DNA of 64,000 nt, taken from a virus. Location: positions 64,001-128,000 of the IMG/VR virus record IMGVR_UViG_3300009709_000003. One strand, 5' to 3'. Below the pieces are notes generated by a model that was given only the letters and a program-made list of their open reading frames with translations, ran no database searches and was not told the origin of the DNA. Shown piece after piece: positions 27,132 to 38,773 of the stretch. A program made the position numbers and the translations under genes. Each line of letters starts with the position of its first letter. Position 1 is the first letter of the stretch.

Positions 27132-27375
27132 TCGCCGGACAAAAATTAGTTCTTGTTCCTTAAATGTGAAATATAGCGCCTAAGTCCGTGATTCCCCAAT
27201 CTGGTGTGAGATACAACAAGGGGAGCAAACGGTAAGTGAGCCAATAAAAGATACCTAAATGTCCACGTGACACGCAAAGATACCGCTAAACGACGAAATG
27301 GGTTCATGTAAGGCGTATAGCATTAGAGATACTCTCAATAAACAAAGCATTATACAACCGAGTAGGGAGATTCAA

Positions 27376-27738
27376 ATGATTTCACGGCAAGCTATTTTTG
27401 ATTCCGTAGTGACACAGATGTTGGCCCAAAAACGAAAGTCCATGATAGGTGGCAAGTGCAAATACCGTGGTGAGAATGGACTGAAATGCGCGGTAGGTTG
27501 TGTACTTCCGGATGAGGTCTATACACCTGACCTTGAAGTTGGAATATCAGGTTTAATTGCTAAGCTGAAGAAGAGATACGGCGATTGTGAAATGGTTCGA
27601 GAGATGTGGCGGGACGAAGACTTATTGCGGTCTTTACAGCGTGTTCACGACTATCAACCGCCTAAGTCTTGGTATGAACGTTTTGGTCTAGTGGCCTATA
27701 AGTATGGATTGAAAATGCCCACAGGACTTTTGAAGTAA
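27376..27738 (+). CDS. Conserved phage hypothetical protein
   Basis: CKYRGENGLKCAVGCVLPDEVY...LQRVHD. Confidence 0.65.
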   Translation: MISRQAIFDSVVTQMLAQKRKSMIGGKCKYRGENGLKCAVGCVLPDEVYTPDLEVGISGLIAKLKKRYGDCEMVREMWRDEDLLRSLQRVHDYQPPKSWYERFGLVAYKYGLKMPTGLLK

Positions 27739-28335
27739 GGAAGGCTTGATATGAACGACTCGGTCAAAAAAGCAACAGATGAACAACTCCAACAAGAATT
27801 GAAGCGCCGCCAGCAAGACCGCGAGAGGGAAAAGCAGCGAGAAATCGAAGAATTAGAAGATCGTATTGCATGTCTTAAAAATCCTAATAGACATTCTCGT
27901 AAGTGTACTTGTTTTGTGTGTGGTGGGGATTTTTAATGTACACACTTAAGGCAGTGGCAGCGGGGTTCTTGTTGCCGTTATTTGTTTTTTCCTCGCAGGC
28001 GTACTTTTCGCCTTTGTCTGGGCGATTGAGCAGTTTGGCATCCGGGTTCTCTGCGTGGTGATTTTCCTAATTGTGTGGTTTATAGGGTACCTAATGTCTA
28101 GGGACGGACGAGGAAAATAAATGAAGACTGGTATTTTGCTGTTGATGATGTTTGGTATTTCTGGTTGCGTTACTGATGCTAAGGCTTGTTGGGGAGACTA
28201 CTGCAAACCCGAAACTGTTTTGGTACGACCAATAAGGAATGAACATACCACCATTTATCAAATTGTGGATGCGGAAAACGGCATTGTTTGCTATACTCGG
28301 GGCGACGGTCTTTCGTGTGTGAAAGCGAATACAAA

Positions 28336-29121
28336 ATGAACAAGAAAGAAGAACTTTTACGGTGGTTAAAGACAACCAGCAATTTCCAAGCGATTGGCAT
28401 GCCTGTAAGTATGCACGAACTCATCAAAGAGGCACTCGCTGAGGAGTTTAAAGCAGGATGTTCGGAAAGTGCGACAGCACTTAATCCCGAAATCGAGAAG
28501 TTGCAGCGTGAATTAAAGTCGCGTGCAGACGCCATCAAAGAGCGCGACGCTGCGCGTGCGGAGTTGGCGGCAGAGAAACGGCGTGCTGACCGTTTGGCGG
28601 CGGGCGAAGAAATTGAAAGCGATTATCTGGTCGCTTCCGACCATAAAATACTTGGACTTATTGCCGAACGCGACGAAGCCCTATCCAAACTGAGGCAACT
28701 GCGTGAATACGTTGAGACACGTGGTCAGTATTGGGCTTGGCGTACTGATCTACTTGCAATTCTTAATCCGCCGCGTGAAACCGTGCATCAGTATTGTGAG
28801 AAACACGAGGACTGCGCCTGTTTGGACAGCATCGCTAACATTGAAAGTACATCACCCACCAAAGTTGCATATGATCTTGTTGAGCGCGAAGTGGTTCTGG
28901 TGAAGGATCAATACAGTTCAAGTGCACAAGTTGTAGACTACCCATCTCATTTCGCCGAGATGAGGAAACATTTATGGCTAGGTGGGATCGCTAAAGTAAC
29001 TTTTAAAGTGCCACGTAAGAGTTTAGCAGAGCGTTTGGAGGCCGCAGTGGAATCCGGTTCAACGGAAGAATTTGCTGAAGCCATTAAAGCGGTACGTGAA
29101 TTGGAAAGTAAGGTAAAGTAA
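28336..29121 (+). CDS. Module D+B mosaic protein
   Basis: KEELLRW...LIKEALAEEFKAG then ERDEALSKL...YDLVEREVVL...FKVPRKSLAERLE. Confidence 0.7.
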   Translation: MNKKEELLRWLKTTSNFQAIGMPVSMHELIKEALAEEFKAGCSESATALNPEIEKLQRELKSRADAIKERDAARAELAAEKRRADRLAAGEEIESDYLVASDHKILGLIAERDEALSKLRQLREYVETRGQYWAWRTDLLAILNPPRETVHQYCEKHEDCACLDSIANIESTSPTKVAYDLVEREVVLVKDQYSSSAQVVDYPSHFAEMRKHLWLGGIAKVTFKVPRKSLAERLEAAVESGSTEEFAEAIKAVRELESKVK

Positions 29122-29206
29122 TGTGGCGTTGGTTGTTGCTTCCTGTGTTGCTGGTTTACGAAAATACTGTGGGTTATGGCACAATCGACACCCTAGACAA
29201 AATTAT

Positions 29207-29567
29207 TGACTGGATGGAGGACTGACATGATCAAAAAGTGGAGTGACGAGGAAATTAGTAAAGTGTGTGAAGAAGCACTTAGGACTTATGACCATCCACT
29301 TATAGTGGGACAGCTCGCCAGCATGCTGCTAGATGCACGGAGCGAGATTTCGGCTTTAAAGAAGCTATGTGAATATCAAGTGATAGCAGAGATGGTTTTT
29401 CAAAATGCACGTAATGATGCGGCACTGGAAGCCTTAACCAGTTTTGCGTTTTATGTGGCTCAAGAATGTGCAACTCCATTGGCCAACGAAGCTATATGTG
29501 AATTGCATCGTCGTATTAATGCTCTTAAGGGGAATACAAAAAGCCTATGACTGGATGGAGGATTGAC
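29207..29567 (+). repeat. 20-bp RBS-containing direct repeat TGACTGGATGGAGGA(C/T)TGAC (29207-29226, 29548-29567)
   Basis: 19/20 identical; each copy is followed directly by a start codon. Confidence 0.85.
29227..29550 (+). CDS. Module-C family protein
   Basis: KWSDEEISKVCEEA...MLLDARSEISALK...ALEAL. Confidence 0.7.
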   Translation: MIKKWSDEEISKVCEEALRTYDHPLIVGQLASMLLDARSEISALKKLCEYQVIAEMVFQNARNDAALEALTSFAFYVAQECATPLANEAICELHRRINALKGNTKSL

Positions 29568-29750
29568 TTGAACGAGGAAAAGCAAAACTTGACGCATGCT
29601 AGTCTAGAAGAAGAGGCTGAGCAGGATGCAAAAGATTACTGCATGTGTGGTGAACGCATGGACACCCACAGTGTATATAACAATCACAGTCCTGTTAGCG
29701 TGTATGATTATACAAAATCACAAGAAAGCGTAGATCATGAGCCTAAGTAA
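29568..29750 (+). CDS. Small CMCG/NHxP protein
   Basis: Paralog of 14232..14411; TTG start after GGAGG. Confidence 0.6.
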   Translation: MNEEKQNLTHASLEEEAEQDAKDYCMCGERMDTHSVYNNHSPVSVYDYTKSQESVDHEPK

Positions 29751-30210
29751 ACGGTTGAAATATAGTGAAGGTGGCGAATTGCTTGGTCTTGATCCAGGGA
29801 TGGACATCATCGGAGAAATCGAAGATCTAGAGTTTTATCTTGATCAGGCTCATCAGGCTCTTCGACACAATGAAAAACTTCAACAGGATCTTGCTGTTAA
29901 CAGATCGGTCGAAACGAAACATAGTAATCTAAAATTTAAGTACCCAAGGGGTAGCAATCTTATTGATATCGACGGCAACATAGGTGAAGTTGTTGAAGAT
30001 AAAGGCGACACCGTGCACTACCGTGTTGGGCATGCGCAATTTGAATATACGAAAAACCACGTGTTTCCATACACTAAACGTGGTGCTTTTGAATTGTTTC
30101 TTCGTTGGGTCAGGAGCATTTAAAATGATCAAGTGTCCACACTGCCATCATTCTTGTATAGTACCCACAACAGAATGTATCAATTGTGAACGTTCACTGA
30201 GGGTTAAATC

Positions 30211-30561
30211 GTGAAAGTTAGTACTCTCTTAAAGAAAACGCGTAAAATCATCGCTAAAGAAGAAAATTGGACCAGAGACGCTGACGCTAGAGCCGCTAAC
30301 GGTAACGCCATAGGTGTGCATACCCAGGGAGCGTGCGCCTATTGTGTAGGAGGAGCACTGCAAAAAGCATATGGAGATCATTATTTGATTGGGAACACCA
30401 CATTCTTGAAAGCGGCCAGACTTTTACACGAAGATGCTCAACGTTATGGATTCCAAGGTTTTGTGCATGCCAATGACAGCGCAGCCACCACCCATAAACA
30501 AGTTTTACGGGCTATCGATCGATGTATTGAAGTTGCTAAAAAGGAGGAATTTAATGCATAA
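30211..30561 (+). CDS. DUF6197-like protein
   Basis: WT...YCVGGAL...ND...TTHKQVL; paralog of 36191. Confidence 0.65.
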   Translation: MKVSTLLKKTRKIIAKEENWTRDADARAANGNAIGVHTQGACAYCVGGALQKAYGDHYLIGNTTFLKAARLLHEDAQRYGFQGFVHANDSAATTHKQVLRAIDRCIEVAKKEEFNA

Positions 30562-30736
30562 ATATTTAGTTACAGTAGAGATGACTCGCACCGAGTTTGA
30601 CTCAGTCGAAATTGAAGTTGAGGCAAAGGACGAGAAATCTGCTCGTAAACAGGCAGAAGAAACTGTTAAGAATAATCCGAATTACGATGACTGGGAAGAT
30701 TATGACGCTGGTGCAGTCGAGAAATTGGATCCATAA
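30554..30736 (+). CDS. Small acidic DpnD/PcfM-like protein
   Basis: KYLVTVEM...VEIEVEAKDEKSARKQA. Confidence 0.55.
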   Translation: MHKYLVTVEMTRTEFDSVEIEVEAKDEKSARKQAEETVKNNPNYDDWEDYDAGAVEKLDP

Positions 30737-30990
30737 TGGTAGAAAAACATCCAGGATTGGTCATACTTTTGATTACGGGGGTTCTATTTGTAGGCATCGC
30801 CTATCTTATCTCTATTGAGGAGAATTGGGAACACACTAGTAAGTGTGAATACATCTCCACACATCATTGTTACTATCTAGATACTTATTCTACCCCAGGT
30901 ATGCATGTTACCTACACCTGCGTACTTAACAACGGCCCCATTACAACCCATCAAGATATCGACGTTCCAGGCAAGTGCAAATAGTAAATC

Positions 30991-31008
30991 TTGGCATGTC
31001 TTGTGCAA
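30991..31008 (+). promoter_or_regulatory. Sigma-54-type promoter (predicts leaderless mRNA)
   Basis: TTGGCATGTCTTGTGCAA; predicted +1 about 31018, ATG at 31019 with no SD. Confidence 0.7.
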
Positions 31009-31018
31009 TACTAAACGT

Positions 31019-31429
31019 ATGGCAAACATCGCTCGTTTAGAAGCCCTAGCTGACTGGATTGAAACCAATGTCACACCCGAACAATTCTATTTCGGGGATT
31101 TTTGGAATGGGGTAGCCTACAGCCCTGACCAAGCGTGTGGAACGGTCGCATGCCTGTGCGGTTGGGCTCCCGCTGTGTTTCCCGAATTGCAGCAGGCATG
31201 GAATAAGAGTTTGCATTATTCCAAGTTTAACAGCGCTGTAGTTCAAGTATTTCTAGATCTATCAACTGATGATTTTCACAGATTGTTCCTACCTGGTGAC
31301 GAATGCGACGGATTAAGCGGACTTCAAAAAGATGCCAGTCTGGCCGACGCTATTTTTCATCTCCGTTGGGAAATCGAACAATTTAAAACGGAACTGACAT
31401 GTGATCCTCTAACTACGAGAAAGACATGA
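31019..31429 (+). CDS. Conserved phage hypothetical protein (CGTxAC motif)
   Basis: RLEALADW...ACGTVACLCGWA...LF. Confidence 0.65.
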   Translation: MANIARLEALADWIETNVTPEQFYFGDFWNGVAYSPDQACGTVACLCGWAPAVFPELQQAWNKSLHYSKFNSAVVQVFLDLSTDDFHRLFLPGDECDGLSGLQKDASLADAIFHLRWEIEQFKTELTCDPLTTRKT

Positions 31430-32044
31430 CCAACAAAGAAATAAATCGACTGGCTCTGTTGTTGATTAAACAAGCCACATGCGACCATAGTGGTGGTAGG
31501 GTGTATGGTTTTAAGACCACTTGTATTTCCTGTGGTAAAGTTCTCAAGGAAGTATGGGGTCGTAGGCGATGAATTTGAAACTGGTCGTTAACAACAAGGA
31601 CGAAACACTCCCGACTGTCCATGAATTATGGAAGGAAGGTCGGAGTAACTATTGGGGTAGAAGCCCTAAATTGTTATGTCGCATCATCGGATGTTCGCCT
31701 GGCAGTGGTGGTATTCGTAAAGTTAGTTGTATGTCTCTATGGGGAGATTTGTTTGAGTGCAAGCGGTGTTGCCGCATTATCGCAGTAGATGCGTGGGATT
31801 AAGATGAACACAAAAAGAAATACGTCGATGCAAGCGGACATTCTACTCTTGATCGACAAGGTGGACAGGTTGCAAGCCGAAGTCGCGAGCCTTAAACGCG
31901 AAATGCGAAAATCAAACGAGCCTAAACAAATCGTTGCGTTTAAAACGTGGCGATACGGCGACCGTATTTTCCGCGTGCCTGCTGAAACTTTTCGTCGTAC
32001 GTCAGCCCATAAATGGGTTCGTTATGAAACGGAAGAAGGTTACG

Positions 32045-32431
32045 ATGAGTAAACGTGAGTGGACAGACGCAGAACTGAAAGCTGTATGTAAGGAAGCTTA
32101 CGTGCGCGTGCCTGACCGAATGCATGTATATTCTTTCGATCCGCTTGAATGCGCACGTATGGTACTGGATGCCAGAGCGGAAGTTGCGGCCCTGAAGCAA
32201 AAATGCTTTGATCTCCAAGAAGAATTGCAGTGCGATCGTGATGTTATGGCAGACTATGAGAACCGTTTAGCAAGACTACGTGACGGCGACGACATTAAAG
32301 TCGCTCGTATCGAAGGAGCTATTGAAGCCTTAGATTGGGCACAGGAACAAGTCTATGTTGATGGAAGTTATGCCCGTCATAACATCAAAAATCGCATCAC
32401 CGTACTTGAACTAGAAAAGAGCAGCAAATGA
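32045..32431 (+). CDS. Module-C family protein
   Basis: EWTDAELKAVCKEA...MVLDARAEVAALK...IEGAIEALDW. Confidence 0.7.
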   Translation: MSKREWTDAELKAVCKEAYVRVPDRMHVYSFDPLECARMVLDARAEVAALKQKCFDLQEELQCDRDVMADYENRLARLRDGDDIKVARIEGAIEALDWAQEQVYVDGSYARHNIKNRITVLELEKSSK

Positions 32432-32612
32432 ACTACCAAATTATCGTCATGAAAGACGAATACTACTCTTTTATTTTGAATCTCAAGAATGGTGAGATTA
32501 TCACAGAAATGTCTAGGATGGATGGGTTTCGATCTATGGCTGAGGCTAAAGAGCAAGCCTACAAACTTATTCCCGCTGATGCAGACTATGAGATCATCTA
32601 CGGAGAAGCATC

Positions 32613-32936
32613 GTGAAAAACTTTATTAGCAATGTGCTCTCTTTTATGAAGAGAGATGCGACTTCCGATAGTGAAGCGGCTATTCAATCAATTTTATTGG
32701 AAGCCAAAACCCACAGGGACTTGGCAATTATGGTATTACAGGCACGTACGGAGTGCGATTTGCTCAGTGATTTACTTAGAACCGCGTCCAAGCAAGCTAA
32801 GATTGATACCTTGAAGTGGGTCTCTAAGTATTATGGTCATTTTTATTCACAGAATTGGTATGGTAGGACCAAGGACTACTTGAAAACTTATATTGATTTG
32901 CGTATTGGTGATCTAGAAAGAGGCAATGATGAGTAA
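32613..32936 (+). CDS. Module-C family protein
   Basis: MVLQARTECDLL...KIDTLKWV. Confidence 0.6.
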   Translation: MKNFISNVLSFMKRDATSDSEAAIQSILLEAKTHRDLAIMVLQARTECDLLSDLLRTASKQAKIDTLKWVSKYYGHFYSQNWYGRTKDYLKTYIDLRIGDLERGNDE

Positions 32937-33452
32937 TACACTGTTTTATTTCTTGTGCGAAGTATGGCCTATCGGACTTACCATTGGTGTCATTCTTACA
33001 GTGGGTGTTTATGCCGCAGTCAATATCTATAGCAAACATGGGAAGAAATCCTATGAGTGAAGTAGAACTTTGGCGTAAAAGCTACATGGCTCGTCTTAAA
33101 AGCTATATCGACACCTACGATTTTGTTAAGATTGCAGCGGCTAGTGAATTGGTTGACGCAGAGAAAATCTTGGCTCAATTGTCCGATATAGACGATGCAT
33201 ACGACCAACATCATGTGGTAGTGCAAATGGAACGACTGCTACGAGTAATTGATCAGACATATCGTGATGCAAAAGCGATTCTTGGTACCATGCAGAGTAT
33301 GTTCGATTCGGAAGGAAAGAGGCGTTAGTGATCCGTACTATTGTTGGGCTACTAATTGGTGTTCTAATTGCAATTTCGTTCCCAATTGGTTTTCTGATTG
33401 GAAAATGGAATGATAAACGCAATCGAAGACACAATAAACAAGTAGGTGAAAC

Positions 33453-33689
33453 ATGCCTGTAAGTCGTGCCGATCACTTGAAAAAGGTTCTAGCTTCTTGG
33501 TGGGATAACCGAGACGGTGGTACTTTTGAAAGCAGTTATATACTTGAATTAGTAGACGCGGCTATACAAGAAGCCTATGAAAAGGGGCGATCAAAGCCTC
33601 ATCCCCACATTCACAAATGTGAGGAATTCTTTTATGAACCTAGCACAGAGCGACATCACTGCGTAGACTGTGGGAAGCCAGCGTCATGA
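33453..33689 (+). CDS. Module-D family protein with C-terminal Zn finger
   Basis: SRADHLK...LVDAAIQEAYEKGR...CVDCG. Confidence 0.6.
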   Translation: MPVSRADHLKKVLASWWDNRDGGTFESSYILELVDAAIQEAYEKGRSKPHPHIHKCEEFFYEPSTERHHCVDCGKPAS

Positions 33690-34079
33690 ATGAACCAGGT
33701 GAATTGAGATATACTTGCGCAGCCTGTTTGGTGAGTAATGTTAAAGGCTGCAAGCGTTGTGCTAAAGAATTGACCACTATTATGGTGGCCCATACCATAG
33801 GTACTGCGGCTATGGAAGCAATGGCCGCTTTTAAAGCACCCCTATTGAAAAAGGAGGACGACGATGAGGATCCCTAAATTTGCATACTGCAGAAAATGCA
33901 ATAAGACCGTAAATCACGTCGTAGAAACCACCAATCAGGGGCATGTTATAAACGGTGAACTTTACACTTGGGATCGATTGTTGAAACATGCACTGCCTAA
34001 AAGCGATAGGTTTGCATGGAAAGGTTTTCCAATCCCACCACACAACTGCACACAAGAATTTGGGAAGTAGAGGCGACAG

Positions 34080-35054
34080 ATGAGTAAGAAAAAATTAAGC
34101 GAACGAATTTCTATTATCAATGGTACCTTGGTTCACCTTGACGCCCCATCTACGATAGCACATGTGGACCATATTATGTTAGCGATTTCTCAGTTGGAGT
34201 CCGAAAACGAACGTTTACAGGCTGAGAACGAATATATTGAAAGACACCTCGATGAACTTTGCGAAGCCGCCTTGTACTACATGCGCAAAGAGCGCGATGG
34301 TTTGGAGGAGGAACGTAATCACCTGAGAGCAGCACTTACTATCTCTGACTCGAAACTGTTTGAAGCCGACAAAAAGCTTGCAAACGCTAGTACAACGATT
34401 AACGATCTGATTAAGCAACGAGATGAAGCGCGCACAGAACTAGAAAAATATAAAACGCCAGTTTTTGAAGACGTATTGATGCGTAATCAAGAGCTTACTG
34501 CCGAATTGGCTAGAGTGTTGAAGAAAGATGATCAGCTTCTAAAGCGATTGGCTGAAGTTCTAGAATGGGCCAAATGGGCAGTTAAACCTGGAAGCGTTAC
34601 TATGAATCAGGACATGCATGAGGAAGTAGCGGGTCTTATCAAGAAGATTGAAAGTAATGAGGTGTCTGCGGAAGAATGTGTACAAGGTATTGGTTCGTTG
34701 CTTGGCGAAGATAAAGATTCGTACACTTGGGAAGAAGTATACAACGCCATGGACCCAAACAGCAAACGCTGCAAACCGACAAAATCATCAGTGGATGATC
34801 AAACATATGAAACTGTTCAAGTGCCTGTAACTCTCCGCAGATATGCGAACGGTCGGTGGCAAGTAGATGAGAGTGACCTAGTTCCACAAGGTGACAATAT
34901 AATTGCTGAAGGTGTAGCCACTTTTGCGATCCCTAAAGCTGAACATAAGACACTCGTGGAACGACTGCGTGCAGTTGGTGCACACAACGTTTTTCCTATT
35001 CCTGAAGAATTATTGAATGAAGTTGCCGAACTTGAAAACAAGGTGAAGCAATGA
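34080..35054 (+). CDS. Module-B family coiled-coil protein
   Basis: KLSERI...YETVQVPVTL...IAEGVATFAIP..TLVERL..ELENKVK. Confidence 0.7.
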   Translation: MSKKKLSERISIINGTLVHLDAPSTIAHVDHIMLAISQLESENERLQAENEYIERHLDELCEAALYYMRKERDGLEEERNHLRAALTISDSKLFEADKKLANASTTINDLIKQRDEARTELEKYKTPVFEDVLMRNQELTAELARVLKKDDQLLKRLAEVLEWAKWAVKPGSVTMNQDMHEEVAGLIKKIESNEVSAEECVQGIGSLLGEDKDSYTWEEVYNAMDPNSKRCKPTKSSVDDQTYETVQVPVTLRRYANGRWQVDESDLVPQGDNIIAEGVATFAIPKAEHKTLVERLRAVGAHNVFPIPEELLNEVAELENKVKQ

Positions 35055-35254
35055 GCGACAACAAAAGTAGTAGGGCAGATGAGTTGCGTGAATGGGTAAA
35101 CTGGTACAAGTCGTTACATGGAGCAATTCCTGCACATAAAATCTTTAACTTGGAGCCACTAATCGAAGCTGCGTTGGCCGAAGCACGTGAAGCAGGTCGT
35201 AAGGAAGAAGCAGAAGCGATCTATAAAAACTTTAACGTGATGAGAAGGCTATGA
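35051..35254 (+). CDS. Stand-alone module-D protein
   Basis: SRADELREW...LIEAALAEAREAGR. Confidence 0.65.
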   Translation: MSDNKSSRADELREWVNWYKSLHGAIPAHKIFNLEPLIEAALAEAREAGRKEEAEAIYKNFNVMRRL

Positions 35255-36204
35255 CACTACCGAAACTAGATACAGCTATGGATGTTTTAGATTGGGCGCG
35301 ATGGGCCGATGAAGACTTTGATTCCATGGGAAGGCTAGTAAAAGGCTTAGACGTAGAAACCGCCGAGTATATAGCAGAGTGCATACGACTTCGAAAGTTA
35401 TTTGAAAATGTGGACAGTTGGGCGGGCGCATGGCCTATGTCCTACGATGAGTATGGCCGGCGTATGGAGTATCTGCGTAACTCGATAAAAAGCCCCGACA
35501 GCGACGTAGATTTAAAACTTGAAAGAGATACAAATAAGTGATAATGTACGGTTTGTTATCACTATTTGTAGGGTATGACACCACACCTCACGATTATCAA
35601 TTAGGTAGCAGTCCTGTACACTACGCTGTTGACCTAGAACACAACGTAGTTTGTTACTGGTACGAGTCATCTTTGGGCGCTCCTAGTTTATTCTGTGTAC
35701 AAATGGACCAAAGGGGAAATAGCAAATGAAATCAAAAATTATTAAATGTCTTACTACTCCCCATGGGGTTCTTGACTGGGCGGAAAATGCCTGTACACCG
35801 TCTAATTGGGACGATGAGACAGCGAAATTTATAGCGGAATGCGTACGGTTGCGACTAGCTTTTGAAGCGGCAGAATCGGAAATGCACAATCTACCTCTGG
35901 GTGATGCCAATCGCCAATATGGTGATAGCACGTATAACCATGCCCAACATTGGCTACGTCCATTACGTCAAGCCATTGGCGAGAAATCAAAATGAAGCCA
36001 GACTTGACTACCACAGAAGGCGTCATGTGGGCTTTTAACCACTATGCCGCAAATACTTGGTACAATCAGGAAGAAACACGGAAAACTGCTGCCTATATAG
36101 CGGAATGCGTACGCTTACGCCAGACAATCGATAAAACAAAGCAAATTAGCGAAAACCAAGAGCCTATATTATCAAGTTTAGGAGTGTACAATGCGTCCAA
36201 GTAA
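35251..36204 (+). CDS. Three module-A paralogs (35251..35541, 35726..35995, 35992..36204) plus 35538..35729
   Basis: ETAEYIAECIRLR, ETAKFIAECVRLR, KTAAYIAECVRLR. Confidence 0.7.
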
Positions 36205-36541
36205 AATTCTAGAAAAAGCAATGGAAGCGATAGAGCATCCTAAACATTGGACGAAAGGACATGCAGCCCGCACTTCCAAAGGTGAAATGTGCTGTACGGG
36301 GTATCATGATGCCGTGAGTTTTTGTGCGGTTGGTGCGGTTTGCAGGTTAAATTATTTGGTACCACATAGACAGCTAGGCATAGCTATTGAATATCTACAT
36401 AAAGACGCGAAGCGTTATGGGTATGAAAATGCTGCCCGAGCGAACGACGATCCAAAGACTACCCATAAACAAGTTCTAGAAGCTTTTAAACGTTGTATCA
36501 AAGCCGCCAAAAAAGCAGAAGTTACACCATGGGAAAGATAA
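36191..36541 (+). CDS. DUF6197-like protein
   Basis: WTKG...FCAVGAV...NDDPKTTHKQVL. Confidence 0.65.
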   Translation: MRPSKILEKAMEAIEHPKHWTKGHAARTSKGEMCCTGYHDAVSFCAVGAVCRLNYLVPHRQLGIAIEYLHKDAKRYGYENAARANDDPKTTHKQVLEAFKRCIKAAKKAEVTPWER

Positions 36542-36781
36542 TTAATAAGATTAAATCTTTATTTCGTAGGAGAGCAAAGATGAACGATGGAAAATCTGCT
36601 GCACTCGCAGCTCGTCTGCAGTATTTGACAGAGGCTACGGCTGAACTCACCAAATTGAATGACAAATTGATAGAGTTACGTGCTGCCCTTGATCACCTAA
36701 ATTACGTTATGGTTAATGCTACTAAACAAGTCAAAACTAAACCTGATAAATTTGAAGAATTGAACTGATCATAGATATGGC

Positions 36782-37549
36782 ATGAGGTATTCACTTCTAG
36801 TCATATTTTTCATAGTTGGTTGCGGTACTGGTTCAGTCTCTCCGACATACACATCAACGGCTATAGACATAACCAACGCGTACGTAGAGACCAACCTACC
36901 CTACAATTTTCAAGACGTTATTCAAGGTGCTGTTGGTGATTGTTGGTTAGTATCAAGCATTGTAGCACTAGCCTTAAACGATCAAAACGCTCTAAATACC
37001 GTTGTTAATTCTGACGGGCAAAAATACAAAATAAATATATTTGTTGGCAGCAAATGGGCATCTACTGTTGTTGACAGTATAGACGTGGAAAACAGCATCG
37101 AAAACGGTGGATCCATGTGGGGCGACGCAATAGAACAAGGAGTTGCCAATCTTAATAGCGTACTTCATTTCTTGGACGGGGAAAGTGGCGATAGTGGCAT
37201 CACGGACAACGTACCTAGTGCGGCATTTACCATGTTGACCAGCTTGAAGTCAACTCGTGTTGTTGCCTCTGACCCATCACTATGGTATTCTTTGCTGGAT
37301 AAGAATGGCACACCGTGTGTCGCAGACACTCTTAGCAACCCATCGGAATCTTATATTATAGGCAGCCATACTTATACTGTTATAGCTAGCGGCTTGTATA
37401 AGGGTGTGGAAGCTGTTATGCTTAGAAATCCATGGAAGTCCAACCCTGTTGGTGGAATTGGCACACCTGAATTACAGCATGTAGGAGTAATCGTGGTTGA
37501 TTTACAAACTTTTAAAAAGAACTTTACAGACATCGAGTGGGTGGAGTGA
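36782..37549 (+). CDS. Calpain-like (peptidase C2) cysteine protease, lipoprotein
   Basis: QGAVGDCWLVSSI, HTYTV, LRNPW catalytic triad; lipobox IVG-C. Confidence 0.85.
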   Translation: MRYSLLVIFFIVGCGTGSVSPTYTSTAIDITNAYVETNLPYNFQDVIQGAVGDCWLVSSIVALALNDQNALNTVVNSDGQKYKINIFVGSKWASTVVDSIDVENSIENGGSMWGDAIEQGVANLNSVLHFLDGESGDSGITDNVPSAAFTMLTSLKSTRVVASDPSLWYSLLDKNGTPCVADTLSNPSESYIIGSHTYTVIASGLYKGVEAVMLRNPWKSNPVGGIGTPELQHVGVIVVDLQTFKKNFTDIEWVE

Positions 37550-38773
37550 CCGCATGTATCCTGAGCCAGAAGACCATGAATTTAGCACAAGTTTCCGCAC
37601 ACTAATTTGGGCGACCATAATTATTTGTGTTATTACCATTTTGTTTCGAATTGTGTTCGACGGGAAGCAGGCTATCGCAAAAGCAGAAAATGCTAGAGCG
37701 CTACAATATGTGGCAGACCATCATTGCGTGATAGAAGATTTGTATGTGTCACTTGAGGATGCGACTATAAAAGGTGTGCCATACGTCTGTCCAAATGGAC
37801 AAATTATTTGGATTAAGAAAGTACGTTAGGTATGACCTATTTTCTACTATTTGTAATCGCATGTCTAAATGATACATTGCTTACACGCTACTACATAGAA
37901 GCTACGTTGGGCCACCGTTACAAGTGTATGTTGCTGGTTGCCTGTCAGCAGGTAGTCAGCGGTACGTCAATGTGGTTTACAATCGTCGATGTGAAGTTTG
38001 GCTCACGAGAACAGTTAATTCGATGGGTGGTTGTTGCTATGGGATACGTGATAGCACCTCTTTGGTCTGTTAGACCAGAAAAACCTAGCAAATGACTTAC
38101 AACTCAGCCTTTGCAGAAGACCTTTCCGGTTTCTTGTGGATGGTTAAAGAAGATCGCCTTGCCGAGTGCATTGACCATCTGCTTTTTATGCAAGCCCAAG
38201 GTTTCTTGACGAAAGAAGAAGTTACTTGGTGGATAGGCCCTAAAGTGCTCGAAAATTTTGAGGCTCAGCGTCATCACTTTGATCTGTAGGAGTTTAATGT
38301 GGGATATAGCGAACACTCATTTATGGTGAGAGTTGGCTTCTTTAGAGAGAGCGGTAAATGGTACTCCACTGAGGCTGTCAGTATGGAGGGGCATTATAAA
38401 ATACAAGGACCAAAAGAAGCTTTAGCAGCAGCTTTACAGAAACATTTGAATGGTAGGCATAGTGGTATGACTGCTGTATGTCTAGAGCCATACCACGAGT
38501 TTAGCTATCCGGTTATTGTCAAAATTCCGTAACATGTAAACAAATTTAAGGAGATTTTATGAGGAAAATTGTTTTTAATTTTAAGGACACAATGGACCAG
38601 ATTGTTTATCGGGTGCACGCTAATTCGTACATTCGAGCCTGTTCTATCATGGATAAATACTTGGGTGGTAGTTTTGTCTATGAAGAAAACATCGATGAAT
38701 ACACTCGACCTGGTTCTGGGTACATCGTTCAGGATGTGACTCAAATGGACATCAAGTAATAGGAGATACCTGC

